Positions 16,128-29,013 of a DNA stretch of 64,000 nt are shown piece after piece. This stretch comes from Macrostomum lignano. Taxonomy: Eukaryota. Within the stretch, counting starts at the first letter, position 1. Each line of letters starts with the position of its first letter. Location of the stretch: positions 186,001 to 250,000 of the forward strand of contig NIVC01001497.1 of the NCBI GenBank assembly GCA_002269645.1. Reading direction: 5' to 3'. Below the pieces are notes generated by a model that worked only from the letters and a program-made list of their open reading frames with translations, was not told where the DNA came from and did not search any database. A program made the position numbers and the translations under genes.

Positions 16128-16374
16128 TACAGCATCTTGCGCTGAAATGCGGAAGACAAATGGCTATTTATATAATTTTTTAAACAGAACTAGCAGACAC
16201 ACTAAACTGGCGTACGCAAAAAATGCACAGATACAAATTGAAGCCAAAGAAGCTTAGATAAGATACAAAACTATCGAAAAAGATTCCGGCTGATCCTCCC
16301 AGATGGAGCCGCAGTCTAGCTCGATTGCTATCGTAAAATGAGTATGCTTTTTAAACTTCACGATATCTTCTCAA

Positions 16375-16765
16375 CATTGGGGTGGGGGCTGGCGAGGGAA
16401 GGAAATGCAGCTGCGTACATTGGGGTGGGGTCGGTGAGGGAAGGAAATGCGGCTGCGTACATTGGGGTGGGGGCTGGTGAGGGAAGGAAATGCGGCTGCG
16501 TACATTGGGGTGGGGGCTGGTGAGGGAAGGAAATGCGGCTGCGTACATTGGGGTGGGGGCTGGTGAGGGAAGGAATGCGGCTGCGTACATTAGGGTGGGG
16601 GCTGGTGAGGGAAGGAATGCAGCTGCGTACATTAGGGTGGGGGCTGGTGAGGGAAGGAAATGCGGCTGCATACATTAGGGTGGGGGCTGGTGAGGGAAGG
16701 AAATGCGGCTGCGTACATTAGGGTGGGGGCTGGTGAGAGAAGGAAATGCGGCTGCATATATTGGG
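16375..16765. repeat. 43-bp G-rich minisatellite
   Basis: TACATTGGGGTGGGGGCTGGTGAGGGAAGGAAATGCGGCTGCG x about 9, downstream of the YARS2 stop. Confidence 0.93.
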
Positions 16766-16897
16766 ATGTTGGCTGTAACAAAATGAGTGTTATGAGCTGA
16801 AGTTATAGGATTTACATACTATCTAAAACTAAAAATAGATCAGCCAGTCATTAGCAATTTTCCGGAATTCGCTTGATTATTAAAAGCTGTCCCGTAG

Positions 16898-19800
16898 TCA
16901 CAGATTGTCCCATTCGATCAGCAGGAATCTCCGCTTGCTCAGCTTAATCAGCGAGGCGCCGCAGCCGGGCAGGACGCAGCTGTCGCGACTCAGCGGCGCG
17001 TCCAAAGCCGCTTTCGACTCCGCCGCCGACGTGTGACGCCGCAGATTCAGTGTGACCCGACCGGCGGACAATGCCTGATTCACCTGGTCAGGCGTCATCT
17101 GGCCGAGGCTTCCGTTGCCGCCATCCTCGGCTAGCAGGGACAGCAGCAGCTGGCGCAGACTGACGCCGTCGCGCCAAGCCAGGCGACGCCGACACGAGCT
17201 CAACCGGTCGCCGCCGCGGCTGGGACTTTCCGACAGCACGCCGGCGGCCAGGTCAGCCGGGGTCAGGCTGGCCAGGGCGGCGGAATCTTCGCCGAATAGT
17301 ATGCTGGTCCACTTGCGGGCCGCCGCCAGCCCGGCTTCTGGAGGGATTGGCATGGTTTGGGACTGAGATAAGAGACTGTGTACGTGGGGTGGGTAGGTTG
17401 GAGTGCGCATTGGGGTGGGGGTGGGTGGGTTGTAGTGTACATTGAGGTGGGTGTATATGGTGGGGTGGGTGGGTTGGAGTGCACATTGAGGTGGGTGTAT
17501 ATGGTGGGGTGGGTGGGTTGGAGTGTACATTGGGGTGGGCAGGTTGGAGTGCACATTGGGGTGGGTGGAGCTAGAGTGTATATGAAAGGGTGGCACCGTA
17601 CACTAATGTGATTACACAGACCGGGCCGCAGTATTAAGCGAATCCCTCCCAGCTCCCTCACCCCCATGCAGCAGCAATGTGACGCCATCGGCCAGCGTAG
17701 TCTGCGCCTCGTACCGCTCCGGCGCCGCTGCGTGTCGTTCGCAGAGTTCGGCCACCTGCCGATCACTTAAAAATGTGAATAGACGAAGCAAACGGCCCAC
17801 ATCGGCATCTGGCGTGTTGCGCAATCTCTGCAAAGCGGATAGAAAAAACAGGAGCCAGTCAGGTAACTTCTCAATGAACGTCTTAGAGTCACTCGCGTCG
17901 CCCCAGAGTCGCTTCAGATGACGCAGGTAAAATAGAAAAGGAGTGACTCTTAAGCGACTCTAAAACGAGATGTCACGGTACAAGTGGCCAAAAAATCGTT
18001 AGAGTCGCCCAAGAGTCAATTTGAGGTGTTTTGTTGTCCGCCACTCTGAAGCGACGATCTGGGGCGACGGTATGACGACTCTGGGGCCGTGGAGTCATAG
18101 TTGAGGCGTGTCAGAGCCCCTGCCTGTAGAGTCACAGAGTTGTGCATTTGAAGATCGAAGCGCATTTGCGTCGCATGATGAAGTTAAGTCACAGGTTTAG
18201 AAACACAGAACGATTCTTGGACGGCTCTTTCGCGACTCTTTTACAATTCTACAAATCACGTGACGCGCTTGTGACGCAATAGTCACCTCTCCGTCGCATT
18301 AGACGCGTTTGAGTCGCTAAAAAGTTACAAAACCCGGGATTTTTCAATGCCATTCACATTAATCAGCCTCGCACCTGGTAAAGCGCAAACGGTGAAGTTC
18401 GCTCGGAGCTCAGCCACACAGTGTCGGCCAGTTGGTCGCTTTTGCCCAGCTTCTGTCCATCGCTGGTGGTCAGCAGCGGCACGGTCAGACCGAAGGCGAG
18501 GACGCCTGACTGCTCGGAGCGGCGCAGGCAGGTCAGGCCGGTGTCGATGTTGCCGGTCTGGTCGTTGCCGCCGATCTGATAAATTGGATATATTTGAAAG
18601 ATATTTAAAGCTAGTAATTACCATACACGCCATGAACTTAAGATAGATTTAGGCACCAACCTGCACCAGACATCCGTAAGTTTTGTACAAGTGCAACCAA
18701 TCGTAGGCTTGGAACAGAGGATAGAGAAACTCCTTAACGCTCATGCCGTGCTTAGAATTCAGTCTAGTCTGCACTGAGTGCTTGCCTAGCAGATCGTGCA
18801 GCCGAGCGCCGCTTAGCTGACCGGAAAGAAATTCTGTGGCGCTCAAATTGGCATGCCAGGACTGGTTGTTGAGGACTCTGTGCAAGGGTTTTAATGAGTT
18901 GCAGAATAACAAATGCACACACAATATACACACAATAAGAAATTATTTATTGACTTAAACGTATTTGTTTTCGGAAGTTTTTTTCTATCCATATCTCAGT
19001 ACTTAATCATTATCCTAGCGTTCTATACTTATCTAGGAATTTTAATATTTATCCAGGTATTCCGATCTTTATCCTAGTAGTTCAATCTTTATCCGGGTAT
19101 TTTCAATATTTATCCAGGCATTTCAACCATTATCCAGGTACCGGTAGTTCAATCTTTATCCATGTAGTTCAATCTTTATCCAAGTAGTTCAATCTTTATC
19201 CAAGTATTAGTTCAATCTTTATCCAAGTAGTTCAATCTTTATCCGGGTATTTTCAATATTTATCCAGGCATTTCAACCATTATCCAGGTACCGGTAGTTC
19301 AATCTTTATCCATGTAGTTCAATCTTTATCCAAGTAGTTCAATCTTTATCCAAGTATTAGTTCAATCTTTATCCAAGTAGTTCAATCTTTATCCGGGTAT
19401 TTTCAATATTTATCCAGGCATTTCAACCATTATCCAGGTACCGGTAGTTCAATCTTTATCCATGTAGTTCAATCTTTATCCAAGTAGTTCAATCTTTATC
19501 CAAGTATTAGTTCAATCTTTATCCAAGTAGTTCAATCTTTATCCGGGTATTTTCAATATTTATCCAGGCATTTCAACCATTATCCAGGTACCGGTAGTTC
19601 AATCTTTATCCAAGTAGTTCAATCTTTATCCAAGTATTAGTTCAATCTTTATCCAAGTAGTTCAATCTTTATCCGGGTATTTTCAATATTTATCCAGGCA
19701 TTTCAACCTTTATCCAGGTAGTTCAATCTTTATCCAAGTAGTTCAATCTTTATCCAAGTAGTTCAATCTTTATCCAAGTAGTTCAATCTTTATCCAGGTA

Positions 19801-20723
19801 TTTTCAATCTTTATCCAGGTATTTTCAAACTTGATCGATGTATTATCAATATTTATTCAGGTAGTTTAATCTCTGTCCAGGTATTTTCAATCTTTATCCA
19901 GGTATTTTTTAATCTTTATCCAGGTATTTCAATCCTTATCCAGGTATTTTCAATCCTTATCCAGGTACTTTCAATCTTTATCCAGGTATTTTTTATCTTT
20001 ATCCAGGCATTTTAATCTTTATCAAAGGTGTAAGTCCTTATACAAGCGTTTTTATCTATCTTTATCCAAGTGGTTTAATCGAGACCCAAGACAGTCGGAC
20101 TGTGACTGGCCATGTTAATACGAGTAGACACAGACAACAGTGGCCAATGGTATGCTTGTGATTCACAAGCAGATTAGCCGCCTAAAGTTGGAGCAATCCA
20201 AGGCTATTCAGCATTAAGATGCGCTCGTAAATCATCATATATTCCAAACCAAGCTAGCGATGACAGGCCAATCAGAAAATGTAAACCGTACTTCGTAATT
20301 CAACAACTTTTTCGTACAATTAATACAGCAACTGCGACTACCAATATACGCTAGCATTGCCTGGCAACTTGATTGATGAGGCGTTGGGAGGCTGGAAATT
20401 GGCGGATCGGCGCTGGGCCTGCGCCTATAGTCATCTATATTAGGAGCTAATAATAATAATAATATGGTAAAAACAATACTAATACATATCTTTTTTGTCT
20501 AACGCGTTCTAGCCAATTATTATTTACGAAAGTCCGAAAGTCGACAGTGCATTCTCAGCCTAGACTATTATAAGTATTATCTACAGGCGTATGCAATATT
20601 ACACATAATTTCTTGCTTACTAAATGGTGTATAATACAAGCAGTAACACTTGTGCTAGATAACTAATCATCGGTCTATTTGGTTAGAAAGACTGTAGTAC
20701 GATAGAAGTGGAGCCATGAAATC

Positions 20724-20794
<71 letters not shown>

Positions 20795-20799
20795 TACTA

Positions 20800-20848
<49 letters not shown>

Positions 20849-20851
20849 CTA

Positions 20852-20892
<41 letters not shown>

Positions 20893-20895
20893 CTA

Positions 20896-20948
<53 letters not shown>

Positions 20949-21660
20949 AACAGACAGATAGACACTGCGGAACTCACACGGCCTCGCCCGGACGCGCCCC
21001 ATCACAGCAGAAATATTTCCCATGATTATCCGCAATGCCGGCCAGCTGCCGTCCAATGCTCGCCGAATTTTCTTCGACATCGCGCTCGGCCAGCCGGACC
21101 CGGTCGGACATTCGGCCGGACGGATCGCCGATTCGGGCGGTGGCGCCGCCGACAACAAAGATGGCGCCGTGGCCAAGCGAGCGCAGCCGCAGCAGGCCAA
21201 CAATGGCCAGCAAATTGCCCAGGTGCAAACTGTTGGCCGTCGGGTCGAAGCCGCAATAGAAATAGCGACCGCCGGACGCCGAATTCAGGTATTCGTTAAA
21301 GTACTTCTCACTGCGGAGGGTGGGTGAGGTCAATTGAGGTCACATGAGGTCATTTAAAGTTAATTGAGGTTAAATGAGATCATTTGAGGTCAGGTGAGGT
21401 CAGTTGAGGTTAAGTAAGGTCATTTGAGGTCAGCTCGAATGAGCTCGTCTCCCTACACCCTTCCTGGTTCCGCCAATACACAATCCTGTACATGTCCACA
21501 TTGAAGATAAAAATCGCAAGGCGACAAACCTTTTCAAAGGCAGCACAGCCTGAAAGCAGCCGCGATCAAGCAGTGCCCGGACCGATTCGGCCGCGCTGCC
21601 ACCGCCAGCGGACAGACAGCGGCGGCACAGGCGGCCAGGTAAATTTATTATTGGGCGCAT
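16898..21660 (-). CDS. YARS2: Mitochondrial tyrosyl-tRNA synthetase, 6 exons, 495 aa
   Basis: Exons 21660-21530, 21310-20978, 18877-18661, 18575-18375, 17827-17662, 17337-16898 (1488 nt, in frame). YCGFDPTANSLHLGN (HIGH), LFQAYDW, QIGGNDQTGNI, KLGKS; Arg-rich N-terminal presequence. Confidence 0.95.
17380..17570. repeat. G/T-rich degenerate tandem repeat, YARS2 intron 5
   Basis: GGGTGGGTTGGAGTGCACATTG-like units. Confidence 0.8.
17860..18335. other. Intronic element rich in GAGTCGC/GCGACTC motifs (possible decayed MITE), YARS2 intron 4
   Basis: Repeated GAGTC/GACTC words in both orientations; no clean TIR or TSD found. Confidence 0.35.
19000..20070. repeat. About 20-bp minisatellite (AATCTTTATCCAAGTAGTTC) with 150-bp higher-order period, YARS2 intron 2
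   Basis: CCGGTAGTTC recurs at 19141, 19291, 19441, 19591. Confidence 0.92.
20722..20960. repeat. (GACA)n microsatellite at the donor end of YARS2 intron 2
   Basis: Direct. Confidence 0.96.
21325..21432. repeat. 10-bp GAGGTCA-core repeat, YARS2 intron 1
   Basis: About 10 degenerate units. Confidence 0.8.
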
Positions 21661-21859
21661 AAAATATGCCAGTTGTTTGAAGTATAAATATTTAGGCTGT
21701 TTTATTAGATAGTATATTGCAGAAAAATTATGTAATGAAAAATCGCTACTGTTCTACTCCACTGCTACTGTGAGTACCAATTTCAACGCTTAAAAGGAAT
21801 GCTGTTTGTTAAATTAATTCTGCTGCAAATTCTCACCGTTACTTGTGATATAACTGCTA

Positions 21860-21972
21860 GATTATTACTACCTAAACCCACACTACTGCTGCTACTACTG
21901 TTACTACCACTGCTACTACTACTACTACTGCTACTACTATTACTACTATTACTACTACTGCTACTACTACTG

Positions 21973-22035
<63 letters not shown>

Positions 22036-22243
22036 TTACTACTACTACTAGTGCTACAACTACTACTACTACTACTGCTACTACTACTACTATTACTACT
22101 ATTACTACTACTGCTACTACTACTACTACTGCTGCTACTACTATTACTACTACTGCTACTACTACTACTAATACTAATACTACTACTATTACTACTACTG
22201 CTACTACTACTGCTACTACTACTACTACTACTACTACTACTAT

Positions 22244-22274
<31 letters not shown>

Positions 22275-22359
22275 GCTACTACTACTACTACTGCTACTAC
22301 TACTACTACTACTACTACTGCTACTACTTCTACTACTGCTACTACTACTGCTACTACTG

Positions 22360-22397
<38 letters not shown>

Positions 22398-22398
22398 G

Positions 22399-22432
<34 letters not shown>

Positions 22433-22434
22433 TG

Positions 22435-22475
<41 letters not shown>

Positions 22476-22476
22476 G

Positions 22477-22508
<32 letters not shown>

Positions 22509-22509
22509 G

Positions 22510-22565
<56 letters not shown>

Positions 22566-22566
22566 G

Positions 22567-22607
<41 letters not shown>

Positions 22608-22608
22608 G

Positions 22609-22640
<32 letters not shown>

Positions 22641-22653
22641 GCTACTACTACTG

Positions 22654-22697
<44 letters not shown>

Positions 22698-22715
22698 GCT
22701 ACTAATACTACTACT
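21860..22715. repeat. (CTA)n trinucleotide microsatellite
   Basis: Direct; the poly-Leu ORF is an artefact. Confidence 0.97.
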
Positions 22716-23279
22716 AAGAGTAGCAGTAATTTTTAGTACTACAGATAAGAAAAATATAAAATTTAAGATAAAATATTATGCCAATGCAACTGCTACAAGA
22801 TGTCGCAACTTGTTCGATTCCACTCCTGACTTCAGCCTAATAATAAAATCTGACTGAGCAGTTGCTGATCTGCTGATTTATTCAAAAAAACTCTCCGCTT
22901 AGCAAAAAAATTGAATCGCAGAAATTTCGGTGAAAATTTATTCTGGCGGTAACAAAATATGCTACAAAATATGTGTAAATAAAATAAAGCGGTAAGTTCT
23001 ATAGAAAGCTTGAGTAAGCATTTCACTATGAATAATAAAATGAAGAAACCATTGAATTGTTATTTATGATCCTCCAAGACTTTCTCAGATTCAAATCTCA
23101 TAATAAATGTAGAAAATGATTAAGTCAGCATTTAGAAAAAAAGAATAAGGAAGTCAATAGCGCATTGTGGCAACAGACACTCTCTTTAATTAAATAGTTT
23201 AGCACTGCATCTCTGTGCGACCAACTGCGTTTTTTCTGATTTCGTCTGCTAGAAAATTATATTTACCTCAGTCTCCCTG

Positions 23280-24290
23280 CTAATAACTAATTAGCCTAAC
23301 TCACAATCTCACCTGCTAAGAACCAATTAGCCTAACTCAAAATCTCACCTGCTAAGAACCAATTAGCCTAACTCAAAATCTCACCTGCTAAGAACCAATT
23401 AGCCTAACTCAAAATCTCACCTGCTAAGAACCAATTAGCCTAACTCAAAATCTCACCTGCTAAGAACCAAATAGCCTAACTCAAAATCTCACCTGCTAAG
23501 AACCAATTAGCCTAACTCAAAATCTCACCTGCTAAGAACCAATTAGCCTAACTCAAAATCACACCTGCTAAGAACCAATTAGCCTAACTCAAAATCACAC
23601 CTGCTAAGAACCAATTAAGATACCTCAAAATCTCAACCGCTAGGCATCAAACTACATTAAAGTTTCACCTGCTAAGAACCAAGCTACTCAAAATCTCACC
23701 CGCTAGGCATCAAAATACCTCAAAATCTCACCCGCTAGGCACATCAAACTACCTCAAAATCTCACCCACTAGTCATCAAACTACCTTAAAATCTCACCCG
23801 CTAGTCATCAAACTACCTCAAAATCTCACCCACTAGTCATCAAACTACCTTAAAATCTCACCCGCTAGTCATCAAACTACCTCAAAATCTCACCCGCTAG
23901 TCATCAAACTACCTCAAAATCTCACCCACTAGTCATCAAACTACCTTAAAATCTCACCCGCTAGTCATCAAACTACCTCAAAATCTCACCCGCTAGGCAT
24001 CAAACTACCTTAAAATCTCACCCGCTAGTCATCAAACTACCTCAAAATCTCACCCGCTAGTCATCAAACTACCTCAAAATCTCACCCGCTAGGCATCAAA
24101 CTACCTCAAAATCTCACCCGCTAGGAATCAAACTACCTTAAAATTTCACCCGCTAGGAATCAAACTACCTAAAAATCTCACCCGCTAGGCATCAAGCTAT
24201 CTTAAAATTTCACCTGCTAAGAACCAAGCTAATCAAAGTCTCACCCGCTAGGAATGAAGCCACCTCAAAATCTCACCCGTTGAAGATCAG
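23280..24290. repeat. Composite minisatellite: 36-bp units grading into related 32-bp units
   Basis: CTCACCTGCTAAGAACCAATTAGCCTAACTCAAAAT then CTCACCCGCTAGTCATCAAACTACCTCAAAAT. Confidence 0.92.
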
Positions 24291-24760
24291 TGTACCTCGA
24301 ATTCCGCAAAAATATAGCTATCATCGTTAATATTGTTAGTGTTTGTCATGAAAACAGGCTCATTAAAGGTCGCACAGTTTAATTGGTCCATCAGGCATTT
24401 TGAATGCACGCAGCTATACAGAAAGCAGTAGATTTAACGGCTAGCAAATCAATTGAGTACAAATAAATACTGTAAAACTCAATTAAAGCGGCGGAAAGTA
24501 CAACAAAAATGGACATGGCTAGATAGATATAATATATGACGATTCATACTAAACCCACTAATGTATAATTCACATTAATACTGATATGTCAGTTTTCACT
24601 TGCAAATTATAGAGATATTTTTAATAGTAGGTAGCTACCGTATACATATACATAAATTTATAAAAAATTGTGGAGATACTGAATTGCATTAGAATACTTG
24701 TCAAATAATAACTATTAATATTATTAATACGGTGTTGCAAAAGTTTACGGACTGTGTATA

Positions 24761-25070
24761 GGGTCGCTGTAGCCCAGTGGTCTAGCGTGGCGCTCTGAAG
24801 TGCCAGCGGCCCAGGCTCGATTCCAAGTGCAGTCACATTAATTTGGGGCTAAATTGAAATCTCGGCTTGGCTCTGCTCGTGCAATTAACGCCATTGAGGC
24901 CCAACCCCCAAGGCACAGTGAAGTGTACATGCCTAACGATAAATAAAGTTAGGGCCGCTGTGCACTCCTGTGTGAGTGTGTGCCTGTGCGTGTGACTGCG
25001 TACGTATCCGCGCGCTTGTGTGCCTGCTCAGGGGAGTCGGCGGAATGGGCAGTAATGCTTCTTGCCGTTT
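24761..25070 (+). mobile_element. tRNA-derived SINE family 2
   Basis: A box TAGCCCAGTGG, B-box-like GGCTCGATTCC; about 300 bp nearly identical to the copy at 57559. Confidence 0.85.
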
Positions 25071-25226
25071 GTGTGACAATTTCGCTTAAAGTGCGCCAGG
25101 GTGCACGTAACCCCCCCCCCTGCCTCTGATAAATAACTCCAGACTGTATGCTGCCACAGACAACTCGCTGGTTGAACATCGCAGGGAAAATGACGAGAAG
25201 GCGAGGCACAGAGCAACTTGCACTTC

Positions 25227-25422
25227 GGCGCATTTGAAGGCTGCGTACGGCTGTTCAGTCCAAGGACTGGGGGTCGCCACACACCCTCAAATACCCCAGC
25301 TAATGCTGGCACCCATTTTACAGCTGGGTGAACTGAAGCAATGCAGAGTTAAGTGTCTTGCTCAAGGATACAAATTATTCAGAGTGGGTCGAGAATCGAA
25401 CCCCTGACCACTAGGCAACAAC
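25227..25422 (-). mobile_element. SINE family 1, partial copy with a deletion in the tRNA head
   Basis: Matches 14364-14663; head collapsed between two TGACC words; tail portion absent. Confidence 0.85.
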
Positions 25423-25999
25423 GGCCCTCGTAGTAACGCTAACCTGATTAAGCTATCCATCCCTTTCATTAAAAAGCAAAGCAAAATGACCAGATTAAAT
25501 TCCATTTTGAAAGCCAAAGAAACAAAGCAAACAACAAGAAACCGCAAAAACAAAGTTAGAAAAAATCAATAGCAGCGAAGAAGAAGAAAGAAGAACAAAG
25601 AAGAAATTTTTAAACGTCATTTGAATTTGAATTGAAGTCATTAAAATTGTTCAAGTGTCAACCAATTCTCGCCGCAGGCACCAGAGACAAAAAATATGAT
25701 TATCATATTCTCAGCTTCAAACAATTTCAAACCAACTCATTACTGTTCTCACTGTTGCATAAGTCAGTCAACTCAAAGTTAAAAAATCTTATTCTGAAGG
25801 CACAGAGTATCAGCTTACTACGCCTAGCAACCTCGGGATTTGATAATAAGCATTGCTAAGGTATGCCGATTTATGCGGGTCGTTAAGCGATTTCAGGATC
25901 TCTGGCGGATTTGAAGTGGTTCTCAGGGGAATGGATTCAAGGCTGTTTTACCGGGGCGATTAGAGCCGATATTTAGAGTAAGGTGGATTCGAGGCGCAT

Positions 26000-28905
26000 T
26001 TTCATGCGGGTGGATTTGAGATGGTTTTCATGCGGGTGGATTTGAGATGGTTTCATGGCGGGATTTGAGATGGTTTCATGGGGGGATTTGAGATGGTTTC
26101 ATGGGGGGATTTGAGATGGATTCCAGGGGGATTTGAGATGGTTGTCATGGGGGATTTGAGATGGTTTCATGGGGGGATTTGAGATGGATTCCAGGGGGGA
26201 TTTGAGATGGTTTCATGGGGGATTTGAGATGGATTCCAGGGGGGATTTGAGATGGATTCCAGGGGGGATTTGAGATGGTTTCATGGGGGGATTTGAGATG
26301 GTTTCATGGGGAGGATTTGAGATGGTTTCATGGGAGGATTTGAGATGGTTTCATGGGGATTTGAGATGGATTCCAGGGGGATTTGAGATGGTTTCATGGG
26401 GGATTTGAGATGGTTTCATGGGGGGATTTGAGATGGTTTCATGGGGGGATTTGAGATGGTTTCATGGGGAGGATTTGAGATGGTTTCATGGGGGATTTGA
26501 GATGGTTTCATGGGGGATTTGAGATGGATTCCAGGGGGATTTGAGATAGTTTCATGGGGGATTTGAGATGGTTTCATGGGGGATTTGAGATGGATTCCAG
26601 GGGAGATTTGAGATGGTTTCATGGGGGATTTGAGATGGATTCCAGGGGGGATTTGAGATGGATTCCAGGGGGATTTGAGATGGTTTCATGGGGGATTTGA
26701 GATGGATTCCAGGGGGGATTTGAGATGGTTTCATGGGGGATTTGAGATGGATTCCAGGGGGATTTGAGATGGTTTCATGGGGGATTTGAGATGGATTCCA
26801 GGGGGGATTTGAGATGGATTCCAGGGGGATTTGAGATGGTTTCATGGGGGGATTTGAGATGGTTTCATGGGGGATTTGAGATGGTTTCATGGGGATTTGA
26901 GATGGTTTCATGGGGGGATTTAAGATGGTTTCATGGGGGATTTGAGATGGTTTCATGGGGGATTTGAGATGGTTTCATGGGGGATTTGAGATGGTTTCAT
27001 GGGGGATTTGAGATGGTTTCATGGGAGGATTTGAGATGGTTTCATGGGGGATTTGAGATGGATTCCAGGGGAGATTTGAGATGGTTTCATGGGGGATTTG
27101 AGATGGATTCCAGGGGGGATTTGAGATGGTTTCATGGGGGGATTTGAGATGGATTCCAGGGGGGATTTGAGATGGTTTCATGGGGGATTTGAGATGGATT
27201 CCAGGGGGGGATTTGAGATGGATTCCAGGGGGGATTTGAGATGGTTTCATGGGGGATTTGAGATGGTTTCATGGGGGATTTGAGATGGTTTCATGGGGGA
27301 TTTGAGATGGTTTCATGGGGGGATTTGAGATGGTTTCATGGGGGATTTGAGATGGTTTCATGGGGGATTTGAGATGGTTTCATGGGGGATTTGAGATGGT
27401 TTCATGGGGGGATTTGAGATGGTTTCATGGGGGGATTTGAGATGGATTCCAGGGGAGATTTGAGATGGTTTCATGGGGGATTTGAGATGGATTCCAGGGG
27501 GGATTTGAGATGGATTCCAGGGGGATTTGAGATGGTTTCATGGGGGGATTTGAGATGGTTTCATGGGAGGATTTGAGATGGTTTCATGGGGGATTTGAGA
27601 TGGTTTCATGGGGGGATTTGAGATGGTTTCATGGGGGGATTTGAGATGGATTCCAGGGGGGATTTGAGATGGTTTCATGGGGGATTTGAGATGGATTCCA
27701 GGGGGATTTGAGATGGTTTCATGGGGGATTTGAGATGGATTCCAGGGGGGATTTGAGATGGATTCCAGGGGGGATTTGAGATGGTTTCATGGGGGATTTG
27801 AGATGGTTTCATGGGGGATTTGAGATGGTTTCATGGGGGATTTGAGATAGTTTCATGGGGGATTTGAGATGGTTTCATGGGGGATTTGAGATGGTTTCAT
27901 GGGGGATTTGAGATAGTTTCATGGGGGATTTGAGATGGTTTCATGGGGATTTGAGATGGATTCCAGGGGAGATTTGAGATGGTTTCATGGGGATTTGAGA
28001 TGGATTCCAGGGGGATTTGAGATGGATTCCAGGGGGGATTTGAGATGGTTTCATGGGGGGATTTGAGATGGATTCCAGGGGGGATTTGAGATGGTTTCAT
28101 GGGGGATTTAAGATGGATTCCAGGGGGATTTGAGATGGTTTCATGGGGGATTTGAGATGGATTCCAGGGGGGATTTGAGATGGATTCCAGGGGGGATTTG
28201 AGATGGTTTCATGGGGGGATTTGAGATGGTTTCATGGGGGATTTGAGATGGTTTCATGGGGGATTTGAGATGGTTTCATGGGGGGATTTAAGATGGTTTC
28301 ATGGGGGGATTTGAGATGGATTCCAGGGGGGATTTGAGATGGTTTCATGGGGGGATTTGAGATGGTTTCATGGGGAGGATTTGAGATGCTTTCATGGGGG
28401 ATTTGAGATAGTTTCATGGGGGATTTGAGATGGTTTCATGGGGGATTTGAGATGGATTCCAGGGGGGATTTGAGATGGTTTCATGGGGGGATTTGAGATG
28501 GTTTCATGGGGAGGATTTGAGATGGTTTCATGGGGGATTTGAGATGGTTTTCATGGGAGATTTGAGATGGTTGTCATGGGGGGTTTGAGATGGTTTCATG
28601 GAGAGGATTTGAGATGGTTTCATGGGGGGATTTGAGATGGTTTCATGGGAGATTTGAGATGGTTGTCATGGGGGGTTTGAGATGGTTTCCATGGAGGATT
28701 TGAGATGGATTCCAGGGGGGATTTAAGATGGTTTCATGGGGGGGATTTGAGATGGTTTCCATGGAGGATTTGAGATGGATTCCAGGGGGATTTAAGATGG
28801 TTTCATGGGGGGATTTGAGATGGTTTCCATGGAGGATTTGAGATGGATTCCAGGGGGGATTTAAGATGGTTTCATGTGGGGGATTTGAGATGGTTTTCAT
28901 GGCGG
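26000..28905. repeat. 2.9-kb G-rich minisatellite (GATTTGAGATGGTTTCAT/GGATTCCA + G4-7)
   Basis: 22-24-bp period; begins about 110 bp downstream of the Raw-like stop. Confidence 0.97.
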
Positions 28906-29013
28906 GGGGGGGCGATGTGAGGCGGATCCAGGATAGTGTAAAAGAACGGTTCGAGTTGACTATAGAACTAAAAGACTGAAGCCGGTTATAACAACACTAA
29001 TAAGATAGTTAAA

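Noticed and set aside
23213-24377. 10-bp inverted repeat CTGTGCGACC/GGTCGCACAG flanking the composite array
   Set aside because: Too short, does not extend, and no TSD is visible.
25632-28935. Possible plus-strand exon ending at AAG|GTATGC (25860) with the 2.9-kb array as intron
   Set aside because: No convincing ORF or next exon; splice-like words alone are insufficient.
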